Virus record (IMG/VR): IMGVR_UViG_3300028886_000003
Coordinates: 1 to 64,000 of that record
Source: a virus
Taxonomy: Duplodnaviria > Caudoviricetes
Strand: one strand, 5' to 3'
Length of the DNA: 64,000 nucleotides
How positions within the stretch are numbered: position 1 is the stretch's first letter; every line of letters begins with the position of its first letter. The position numbers were made by a program, and so were the translations under genes. Shown here in pieces: positions 51,554-60,049 of this stretch. A model generated the notes under the pieces. It was not told the DNA's origin. It worked only from the letters and a program-made list of their open reading frames with translations, and did not search any database.

Positions 51554-54500
51554 ATGCCATACTATAAACAAGTATTAGGAATTGAATCCACAAAACTTGC
51601 ACAGGCTGAACATATTAATTTAATACAAAGCCATGTGAATAATGCTTTTGTAGAATGCTTAAGTGATCTATTTGGGAATGGATGTATATTAGATGATGAT
51701 GAAGAAGCATTAAAAGTAACCCCTACACCATATCATATTGATGCATCTAATAAAAATTTTGAGAATGAAAATGATTATATTTCTTTTTATGACAGATATT
51801 TAAGACAAGAATTTGAAACAAATAAATCAGAAATACAATCTTTTAATTTAAAGATGCACAATACATCTAATCTTAAACCAACAATTTTTGCTGAAATAAG
51901 AGATACTGATATGAATTTTATTGCAGAAGCTCATACAGAACTCCCAATTACGACTGGTGAAACTGGACCAGCTGATGTTAAATTTATTTTTAACTTAAAA
52001 CATCAACCTACTAGTACATATTATTTCGTTCTAAGACCTATAGATATTAGTGCTACAGATTTTAATGATGTTAGCGAAACAATTGTTCCTGATATGTTTA
52101 CTGTTAAATTTGATAGATCTGGAAGTCTTAATCAAGGACTATATGCATCTTATAATGGTGTAGATTATTTGCAATCTAATATGCTTGATGATCAAGTAAC
52201 ATTAGATACAGGTGAATATTCAGTATCTTCAGATGTTAATTATGATTTATATTTTGAAGAAGTTTTTAGTAATGGTAACACATATACAATTGATAAAGCA
52301 ACATGTTTAGTTAATGGAGAAAAAGTAATGCCAATTGACACACATGTAGTTATTGATGGACCATCAAAAGGACATAATAGAATAGATTTAGTTACATTAG
52401 ATATAGAAGGACATTTCAATGTAACAGAAGGAGTACCTTTTATTGGTCAAGCAACAGAAGATAAATATCCTACTAATGATTTAGGATTAAAAGTTGCATA
52501 TATAACTACTTATGCTAATTCAGCTGATACATGGACATGTCCAAATTGTAATACTGTAAACGATGGAAATGTTTTAAGCTGTGTAGAATGTGATACAACA
52601 ACAAATAATAAAATTCCATTAATTGAGCAAAGTGATGAAAATGGTAAAACTAGACAAAGAGATTTAATGGAAAGAATTCGTAGACTTGAAAAAAAGGTGG
52701 ATTATCAAATTAAAAATAATACTCCATCTCGTGTCAAATACACTTGTGCTGTTGACCCAACAATTGCTACCGCTGGAGAAGTTGTTAGAACAGAAGATGG
52801 CGGTGAAATATTTGTAGCTGCAGAAGATAAATATAATATACAATATGAAACAAATGAAAATGGGGAAAATGTTGCTGTTTTCAGAGGAACAAATAGTGAA
52901 ACTTTTGCATGGTCAATTATTAAAGAAATTACAACAAAAAAGGTTAAAAAGGTTGAAGGAATGGCAAAAATGTCAACAACAGACATATCTATTCCGGCCA
53001 AAAAACCTAAAAAACCAAAAGATAGTCAATATTATACTCTAAATGTTAAACGTAGAGAAACAAAAACTATATACAAAAAACAAACAAGTGAAGATGGAGT
53101 TGAAAGAGATGATGTAACTTCATATTATACTTCAGCCTATAACATTCCTATTGATTTATATATTATAAAAATTGTTAAAAAAGAAGTAAAAAGTAAAAAT
53201 GCAAAAGATAAAAAAATTAAAGAAATTCAAGAAGAAAAAAAGATAGTAGAAAAAATTAAAAATAAAAGAACTAATGCAAACGGTAATATCAATATTGATT
53301 TATGGAATTATAAATTAAGTAAAGGAAAATATTACATGGTTGCAAAATATGATGATAAAAAATTAACTTCTGTTATCTATATTGATCAAGATGATGTTAA
53401 ACTAGAAAAAAGAGGTCCTATTGAAATTAAAATCTCAGAAAAACCTATAGAAAAAACTTCAGTTAATGTACAGGATAATGTTTTCACAGGTAATGATTCA
53501 TTTTATACTAAAAATATGAAAGTAGATGAAGATATTGGTGAAGTATCTATTGAAACATTAGACACTAGTAGTTTGAAAAAGGAAGATTGGATGAACATTC
53601 CTAAAGAAAAACAAACCAAAGATGCAAATGTTTCTAAAGCAAGTTTTAAAATTGATGCAACCAATACCTGTGAATATTGTATGTATAGTTTTGATGTCGA
53701 TCATGATTGTATTGCATATAATATAACTCCATTCCTTTATGCTTTTGAAAATATTAAAGCCTTTAAAATAGTTTTATTTGAAAATCCGAAAATATTTGAA
53801 ATTAACAATACAAGAACATCATATGAAAAATTTTTAGATAAAGATAAGGCAGAAAAAACAGTTTTCAAAAATTTATACGAATCAGATTGGATAAAAGTAA
53901 AAGGTGCTAGTAAAGATAGTAAAGTAAAAGTTTCTGAGAAAAAACAAACAACCTTTGATTTCGGCCAAGATGGAATATTACTTAAAAAAGGTGTATATAG
54001 TATAGTATTCATTGGAGCTCTATATAGTAAAAAGAAAGAAGGAAAAATCTATATTGAAGAATATCATACAAGTAAAGCAACAAAATATGGTGGTATTTCA
54101 TATGTATATGGTTCATACAATCCTAATAAAATTTATATTCAAAAAAATGGTTTAAGAAATAGAGCAATTATTTTTAAAATGAATAGAGCATTATTAACAC
54201 ACTATAGTTCAGGAACATTAGTTTCAAGAATAATAGAAACACAACATCAAATTTCATCATGTAAAATTAAACCTAATTATGAGATTCCTCCTGGCTGTGA
54301 TGTATTTACATATGTATCGAATAATGGGGGAAGAACGTATGTAGAAACAAAAGATAATAGTAATACTGTAACTTTTCCTGGCTTAGGAAGTCAATTTAGA
54401 TGGCGTATTACTTTTAATGGTACTGCATTAAAAACTCCTAAACTTAAATTTAATGGGAAATATGCTATTAAATTTGAATTATCAGAAAAAGAAAATTATA

Positions 54501-56689
54501 TTACATATGAAGATTATGGACGTTGTTTTGCTACACCTATATTAAATGCAAATACAATTACAAGATCAGTAGCATTAAATAACAATATAAAAAATAAATT
54601 TGCCGAATGGGAATTTGCTAGACTATGGATGGAAGATGAAGATCTAGCGTCCAATATGGATATATGTTTTGCTTATGATAATAAGAATTATGATACAACA
54701 GTAGAACATACACAAAAAGAATGGCCTAATAGTATTTTCTTTAGTCAAGTATTAGGAAACTTAACACTTGAAGATTTTGATCAAACTTCTATTGATTATA
54801 GTAATTATGATGCTGACACAGAACCTGATGAAAATAATTTCAGACTTAAATATGATACAGATATGGCAAATACAGGTGACATAATTGTAGCAACACCTTT
54901 GGCAAATGAGGATGGAGATAGGTATAATTATTCATATGGTAATATTAATGTAGAAAATAATGATATGGAGAATTTTACTTATTCTTTAACAAAAAACACA
55001 ACACTTTATAAAGATAATACAAATGATGTATCAAATAAATATAGTGGTGTACATTTGGTAACTGGTTCATATTATCAAGCGTTATATAATAAAACTACTA
55101 ATACAACAGAAAGTACAAAAAGAATATGGGCTAGTGATGGTGGAGATCCAACATATGATCCAGAGGCTTGTATTATTGGAGTTCAATATCAAAATGGATT
55201 AGAAATTACAGATAATTATACCTCATTAACTGTTGATATTTTTGCAAATTTACGTGACCATCTTGAACAGGTAGTAGCATCAACAACTACTACAACAAGT
55301 GAGGAAGGGGAACCGGAAAATTCAACATCTAATCCGGCTGATCAATTATCTGATATTGGTATATTACAATATGAAAATGGAGAACCTGTAATAAATACTA
55401 ACAGAACAATTGATCAAACAAAATATATGTATGAAGATAAGTGTTATTATATTCCACAAGGTACACTTGAGTTAGTTGTTTCATTAAATCCAAATGGATT
55501 GATTGAAGAAAATAATGCAACATATGGAAAAGTATATACTGTTGATATTCCAATTCGATCATGTAAACATACACCTTTTACTATTAATTTATCCGATCTA
55601 TATGGTAGTACTATATATAGTATAGGACTTCGTGTTAACAAAACAGTAGTAGAAAAAGCAGAAGATGGAGTATTAAAACATCCATCTTTACATGAAGGAG
55701 ATATATTAGCATTAGGTAACATATCCTTAAATGGAGAAAATATTAAACCATATACTCCTTATATTTATAGTGGTGATACAAATAGATGGAATTGGACTGC
55801 TTTAGATAAAACACAAGTATCAACTGCATATGTATTATATGAATCAGTTAAACCTGATAATACTGAGCCAAGAATGTCATATTTACCAATTTATAAATTA
55901 GGAGATCCAGCTGGAAAATATTCATATCCTTATCCTGGAACAGGAGATAATATACAATATTCAGATCCAGTATTCCACAATGGAACATTAAATTTATATG
56001 AACAAGATGGTACTGCATTAATTTTAAGAGAAAGTAATTTAGAACAAATTAGTGTAGATAAAGCTAGAGATTCAAATGAAATTAGTCTTTATTATCTAAA
56101 AGAAAATCAAGAAAGAGGTGATTTATTTAGGAAAAGCACAGAAAATGCAAACAGTATAATGTTCCATATTAATGTTAATGATTTTGCGCGTGGATCTTTA
56201 TTTAAAATCGATACTGATGTTAATTTAACACCATATGATTGGATTGAGGTTGAATATTATCTTGAGCATATAAAAGAAACAGAATCTGAAAGTAATGTTA
56301 TGAATGAATATAATATCTTAAAAGGAGAAGTATTTTTAGATTTATATGATACAGTTGACTATAAAAATGCAGAGCCAGTTGAACAGCTTCCATTGCCGGC
56401 ATGGGGTAAAACACAGAATAATTATAATCAATCAAATAAAACAGTTCATGCATGGTTTAAAATACATAGTGATGCTGCATCTGTAAAATGTATTGTTTTA
56501 AGAACAGAAAAATTAAATTGCAGAACACCTGCTGATTTACGTTTAGTTATTGCTGATATTGTATTCTTAAATACTGATACAGTGCCGGCTTTAGGACCAC
56601 AAATGCAAATGCGTATTTATCCAAAAAATGAAAGCGCATTAACTAATACAAAAATTAGAAAATTTGGTTGTGTATATAGATTGGGATGA
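51554..56689 (+). CDS. Large virion structural protein (DUF4815-like) with an inserted RanBP2-type zinc finger
   Basis: 'RIDLVTLDIEGHFNVTEGVP...RDLMERIRRLEKKVDY' resembles DUF4815. 'YVSNNGGRTY...FRWRITF' is also present. Confidence 0.55.
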   Translation: MPYYKQVLGIESTKLAQAEHINLIQSHVNNAFVECLSDLFGNGCILDDDEEALKVTPTPYHIDASNKNFENENDYISFYDRYLRQEFETNKSEIQSFNLKMHNTSNLKPTIFAEIRDTDMNFIAEAHTELPITTGETGPADVKFIFNLKHQPTSTYYFVLRPIDISATDFNDVSETIVPDMFTVKFDRSGSLNQGLYASYNGVDYLQSNMLDDQVTLDTGEYSVSSDVNYDLYFEEVFSNGNTYTIDKATCLVNGEKVMPIDTHVVIDGPSKGHNRIDLVTLDIEGHFNVTEGVPFIGQATEDKYPTNDLGLKVAYITTYANSADTWTCPNCNTVNDGNVLSCVECDTTTNNKIPLIEQSDENGKTRQRDLMERIRRLEKKVDYQIKNNTPSRVKYTCAVDPTIATAGEVVRTEDGGEIFVAAEDKYNIQYETNENGENVAVFRGTNSETFAWSIIKEITTKKVKKVEGMAKMSTTDISIPAKKPKKPKDSQYYTLNVKRRETKTIYKKQTSEDGVERDDVTSYYTSAYNIPIDLYIIKIVKKEVKSKNAKDKKIKEIQEEKKIVEKIKNKRTNANGNINIDLWNYKLSKGKYYMVAKYDDKKLTSVIYIDQDDVKLEKRGPIEIKISEKPIEKTSVNVQDNVFTGNDSFYTKNMKVDEDIGEVSIETLDTSSLKKEDWMNIPKEKQTKDANVSKASFKIDATNTCEYCMYSFDVDHDCIAYNITPFLYAFENIKAFKIVLFENPKIFEINNTRTSYEKFLDKDKAEKTVFKNLYESDWIKVKGASKDSKVKVSEKKQTTFDFGQDGILLKKGVYSIVFIGALYSKKKEGKIYIEEYHTSKATKYGGISYVYGSYNPNKIYIQKNGLRNRAIIFKMNRALLTHYSSGTLVSRIIETQHQISSCKIKPNYEIPPGCDVFTYVSNNGGRTYVETKDNSNTVTFPGLGSQFRWRITFNGTALKTPKLKFNGKYAIKFELSEKENYITYEDYGRCFATPILNANTITRSVALNNNIKNKFAEWEFARLWMEDEDLASNMDICFAYDNKNYDTTVEHTQKEWPNSIFFSQVLGNLTLEDFDQTSIDYSNYDADTEPDENNFRLKYDTDMANTGDIIVATPLANEDGDRYNYSYGNINVENNDMENFTYSLTKNTTLYKDNTNDVSNKYSGVHLVTGSYYQALYNKTTNTTESTKRIWASDGGDPTYDPEACIIGVQYQNGLEITDNYTSLTVDIFANLRDHLEQVVASTTTTTSEEGEPENSTSNPADQLSDIGILQYENGEPVINTNRTIDQTKYMYEDKCYYIPQGTLELVVSLNPNGLIEENNATYGKVYTVDIPIRSCKHTPFTINLSDLYGSTIYSIGLRVNKTVVEKAEDGVLKHPSLHEGDILALGNISLNGENIKPYTPYIYSGDTNRWNWTALDKTQVSTAYVLYESVKPDNTEPRMSYLPIYKLGDPAGKYSYPYPGTGDNIQYSDPVFHNGTLNLYEQDGTALILRESNLEQISVDKARDSNEISLYYLKENQERGDLFRKSTENANSIMFHINVNDFARGSLFKIDTDVNLTPYDWIEVEYYLEHIKETESESNVMNEYNILKGEVFLDLYDTVDYKNAEPVEQLPLPAWGKTQNNYNQSNKTVHAWFKIHSDAASVKCIVLRTEKLNCRTPADLRLVIADIVFLNTDTVPALGPQMQMRIYPKNESALTNTKIRKFGCVYRLG

Positions 56690-56692
56690 TAA

Positions 56693-57032
56693 AATGGTAG
56701 AAGAAACAATTGAAATACAAACAGTAGATGAAGTACATCAGATTGATGAACGAAGACAAATGTCAGAAGTAATAGATAATCAAGCAGAAGAACACAATAC
56801 TAACTTAGAGAATATTAATAATCAATTAACTTCTATATCTGATACAATAGATAATATACAAATCGGTGATGTTGATTTAAGTGAAGTAACAGATAAAATT
56901 GATGAATTAGATACAACAATGATTACTACACAAAATCAAGATATACTTGAAACATTGTCTGCACAACAAAATCAAATAAATAGTATAGAAGATAAAATAG
57001 ATAATATCTTAAAAGTTATTAAAGAGATGTAA
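56693..57032 (+). CDS. Acidic coiled-coil hypothetical protein
   Basis: Heptad-like pattern. The start is likely 'MVEET' near 56693 (the track gives 56664). Confidence 0.55.
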
Positions 57033-57034
57033 GT

Positions 57035-57628
57035 ATGGACAGAATTAAGGACGAAATACATGATATGTCTGAGAAGATATATGATCTACAGAATAAAACA
57101 GAGCACTTAACAAATGGACAAAGATATGCTGCTATTAATGAAATAGAAAAAAGTATTGCGCCCTTAAGAAATGACTTACATCATTTAGAACATAAACTAT
57201 ATAAACAGCAACATAATGAAGAGGAAATTGAAAAAGAAGTAAATCAAATATTAAGCCAAATTGCTGAACTTGAAAATTTAAAATCCGATCTTATAGCACG
57301 TATTAACACAGAAACAGAACACACACGTAAATACTATCATGATGAAGTTATGCAGTTTATGAAAAATGAGATTACACCATTGCATGATAGTGTTGTGAAG
57401 CATGAGCAGGAAATTGCTATTTTAAAATCAGATATAAAAAAAGAGTTTGCTCAATTTAGATTAGAACTTACTGAAGCAAATAAAAAAAGAGAAGTTGAGG
57501 ACGCCAAAAAATTTGATAAAATCAACATACTAATAGCTGGTTCAATAGGCGTTGTAGGCGGCCTCGGAACTCTTTTTATGTATTTTCAACCAGTATTACA
57601 AACTTTTGTGAAAATATTCTTTGGATAA
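57035..57628 (+). CDS. Coiled-coil protein with a C-terminal transmembrane helix (putative holin/XhlA-like)
   Basis: Long coiled coil followed by 'INILIAGSIGVVGGLGTLFMYFQPVL'. It is the last gene of the late arm. Confidence 0.5.
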   Translation: MDRIKDEIHDMSEKIYDLQNKTEHLTNGQRYAAINEIEKSIAPLRNDLHHLEHKLYKQQHNEEEIEKEVNQILSQIAELENLKSDLIARINTETEHTRKYYHDEVMQFMKNEITPLHDSVVKHEQEIAILKSDIKKEFAQFRLELTEANKKREVEDAKKFDKINILIAGSIGVVGGLGTLFMYFQPVLQTFVKIFFG

Positions 57629-57829
57629 TTATTTTAATGCCATTTTAATATCTTCAACTTTTACAGTTTCTCTACCAGCATGAGTAGCTAATCTTTTAGC
57701 TTTTTGAGTAATAGAAACACCTTCTGTTTCTAAAAATTCATTCAAGTATCTAACTGCATCTTCACTAATTCTGTTAGCTCCGGAATTTTTCATTAACCTT
57801 TTGGTTGGAGCAAATAATAATTCAGACAT
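57629..57829 (-). CDS. Archaeal histone (HMf/HMt family), virus-encoded
   Basis: MSELLFAPTKRLMKNSGANRISEDA...LATHAGRETVKVEDIKMALK aligns without gaps to HMfB, with R10, G16, R19, H49, R52, T54 and D59 conserved. GGGAG RBS. Confidence 0.93.
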   Translation of the reverse strand: MSELLFAPTKRLMKNSGANRISEDAVRYLNEFLETEGVSITQKAKRLATHAGRETVKVEDIKMALK

Positions 57830-57900
57830 TTATATCAATCTCCCTAATTTTAATATGTTTATTTTATAATAAACACTCTAATATCTATTTATCAAAGTAT

Positions 57901-58341
57901 TTAAACTTTTGGTTCTATCCAAAATTTATTTTTCTTACATTGTTGAATAAAAAATTTATATTCTTCAAAAGTAAAATTATATTTACGTAAAAAAATAGGT
58001 AAATCATATAACAAATTATTAAAAACACCAGGAATATCATACATAGTTACACGTGTATTAACAACTTTATCATAATCAATACCCTCTATTTTAATATCAG
58101 AATATTGCTTTAATTTATTAATAATTGTTTCTTCGTAATGTTCATTACCTTTTTCATAAAAATATAAATTTTTTTGTTCTTTTGTACAATCTCTACAATA
58201 ATAAGACAAATTATCTTTATTATTTTTATTTTTACTAAATTTATTTAATGGTAAAACTCTACCACATATATTACACTTCTTCTTTTCCACCTTAATCACA
58301 ATAAAAAAATAAATAAGGGGAGTATTTAATGAACGTTCCAC
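57901..58341 (-). CDS. Zinc-finger protein
   Basis: 'KKCNICGRVLPLNKFSKNK...YCRDC' is a finger of the type seen N-terminal to phage endonucleases. The start is uncertain. Confidence 0.55.
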   Translation of the reverse strand: MERSLNTPLIYFFIVIKVEKKKCNICGRVLPLNKFSKNKNNKDNLSYYCRDCTKEQKNLYFYEKGNEHYEETIINKLKQYSDIKIEGIDYDKVVNTRVTMYDIPGVFNNLLYDLPIFLRKYNFTFEEYKFFIQQCKKNKFWIEPKV

Positions 58342-58592
58342 ATTTTATAATAAAAATCAAATGGATAATAGTAACGATTAACAGTATAATAAGGATAGCG
58401 ATAATTATTTCTTTCTTTTTTATCTTCTTCCTTATCATCTGATTCAAATAAATCGCTAAAATCTTTCTTAATTTCTTTATTTTTCCTATGTTTAATCAAA
58501 AATTCACAAATTTTAATAATATCTTCCAATCTTTGAATTTCATAATCATCATTCAAATCGTCATTACAACAACAATGTCCATCACAATTCAT
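58326..58592 (-). CDS. Hypothetical protein
   Basis: GAGG RBS and an ATGA overlap with the upstream gene. Confidence 0.55.
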   Translation of the reverse strand: MNCDGHCCCNDDLNDDYEIQRLEDIIKICEFLIKHRKNKEIKKDFSDLFESDDKEEDKKERNNYRYPYYTVNRYYYPFDFYYKMWNVH

Positions 58593-58828
58593 TTTTTTAC
58601 CTCATTATAACCTGCTAAAAGCTGTTCATTATCTTGCAACCAATTAATGACATATTGGAGATTAGAGATTTTTTCACTATCATATTCATCATTATTTATA
58701 ACACCAATTGCAAAACTATAAAATATTGATGAAGCTAATTTTTGATGATCTAATAATTGTTTATTTTTAGGTTGTAAAAATTCTTCTACAATTTCTAACA
58801 AAATTTGATCAATTTCTTCTTCTAACAT
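58589..58828 (-). CDS. Hypothetical protein
   Basis: 79-aa ORF in a tightly packed run. Confidence 0.55.
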   Translation of the reverse strand: MLEEEIDQILLEIVEEFLQPKNKQLLDHQKLASSIFYSFAIGVINNDEYDSEKISNLQYVINWLQDNEQLLAGYNEVKK

Positions 58829-58851
58829 AATAATACTTTAACCATAATTTT

Positions 58852-59067
58852 TTATCTTGAAAACCACGCTCTCATTCTTCTATGCGGCTTTCTTGACCCT
58901 GGTGAACAAAATGTTTGTATAATAGGATAATTTTGAACAATGGATTCAATATCAAAATTATAAACTAAAAGTAATGTTTCAATCTCTTCTTGACATATTT
59001 CAATTTCTTTCTGTAGTTTTTGATATTTTTGTAATTTCTCTAATAGTTGATTTTCATATTGATCCAT
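58852..59067 (-). CDS. Hypothetical coiled-coil protein
   Basis: GAGGT RBS; 71 aa. Confidence 0.55.
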   Translation of the reverse strand: MDQYENQLLEKLQKYQKLQKEIEICQEEIETLLLVYNFDIESIVQNYPIIQTFCSPGSRKPHRRMRAWFSR

Positions 59068-59219
59068 TGAATAAACCTCGTATAAAATTTTAATTGTCTT
59101 TCATAATGCCGACAACATTCTTTTTCAATATGTAACTGCTCACAATAAGAGCAATAATATAATTTTGAAAAAAATTTTGATGGAACTTTATATCCATATT
59201 TGCATCGCCGACATTTCAT
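59040..59219 (-). CDS. Small Cys-rich protein (59 aa, not in the ORF track), probably leaderless
   Basis: MKCRRCKYGYKVPSKFFSKLYYCSYCEQLHIEKECCRHYERQLKFYTRFIQWINMKINY*. A TATATATA box lies about 25-30 nt upstream and there is no RBS. Confidence 0.5.
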   Translation of the reverse strand: MKCRRCKYGYKVPSKFFSKLYYCSYCEQLHIEKECCRHYERQLKFYTRFIQWINMKINY

Positions 59220-59252
59220 ATATATATTTTAGAAAATTATCATATATATACT

Positions 59253-59474
59253 TTAGATTTTTTCCACTTTTTTTGGTGTAAGCATCATCCAATAACGAGC
59301 ATGAAAATTACAATGACCTTCAAGTGAAGGGCCACCATAATGCCCAAAATCATAATAAGACTTATCCCAAGCAGAATGCTCATCTCTTTGTATTATAAAA
59401 GGAACTGGTTGCTTACGGCCATACAAATCTTTATCATGTAATATTTCTGGCCAAAATTTATAATGACAATCCAT
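59253..59474 (-). CDS. Hypothetical protein
   Basis: GGAGG RBS; 73 aa. Confidence 0.55.
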   Translation of the reverse strand: MDCHYKFWPEILHDKDLYGRKQPVPFIIQRDEHSAWDKSYYDFGHYGGPSLEGHCNFHARYWMMLTPKKVEKI

Positions 59475-59477
59475 TTA

Positions 59478-59515
59478 TTAATCCTCCATAAAATCATCTA
59501 AAATAACTAATCTTT
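59478..59515 (-). pseudogene. Relic 3' end of an HNH gene copy
   Basis: 59482-59512 is 29/31 identical to 60942-60972. It translates RLVILDDFMED*, versus GLVTLDDFMEE* in the intact gene. Confidence 0.7.
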
Positions 59516-59520
59516 TTTTA

Positions 59521-59823
59521 TCATACATTCTTTTCAAAAGAATAAATTAAAGATATATAATGCCCTGCACTTACTACAATTCTTGAACAATCTATATCCA
59601 AATAATTATTAATATCTCTAATAACACCAAAAGGAATATTATTTGTTTGAAAAGTAACTGCTATCTCAACATCAGATAAATAATTATGAAAATCAATTTT
59701 ATATGAACCATGATCATTAAAATATTTTATTTCATATTTTTTAATAATAGCTTCAATACCATTTTTTACTATATCATATTTTGAAAAACCATTCACTAAT
59801 TCTTTTACATTTTTATTTTTCAT
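59521..59823 (-). CDS. Hypothetical protein
   Basis: AGGTGA RBS before the ATG at 59823. Confidence 0.55.
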   Translation of the reverse strand: MKNKNVKELVNGFSKYDIVKNGIEAIIKKYEIKYFNDHGSYKIDFHNYLSDVEIAVTFQTNNIPFGVIRDINNYLDIDCSRIVVSAGHYISLIYSFEKNV

Positions 59824-59828
59824 TTTTA

Positions 59829-60044
59829 TCACCTAAAAAAATATTGACCACCTGTTCTAAAAAAATTATCTTTAAATAAATACCAAGCCCTTAACCATAC
59901 ACCATGCCCATCATTCCGTATAAGATAAGGTACACAAGCTCGTTTTTCCTCAGGGTCAAAACCCCCATATTTAATTTTTGTTTTATAAGATGCACAATGT
60001 TTTGTTGGACATCTGTATACATAAGTATTCCAATCTATACTCAT
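59829..60044 (-). CDS. Hypothetical protein
   Basis: GGAGGAG RBS within the end of the upstream HNH gene. Confidence 0.55.
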   Translation of the reverse strand: MSIDWNTYVYRCPTKHCASYKTKIKYGGFDPEEKRACVPYLIRNDGHGVWLRAWYLFKDNFFRTGGQYFFR

Positions 60045-60049
60045 ATTTA

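Noticed and set aside
1-57628. Chromosomal contractile injection system, tailocin or host adhesin island
   Set aside because: The very long TMP, endolysin, nrdD, HNH genes and run of small ORFs, and the absence of signal peptides on the adhesins, fit a virus better. Capsid genes are outside the window, so this is not formally excluded.
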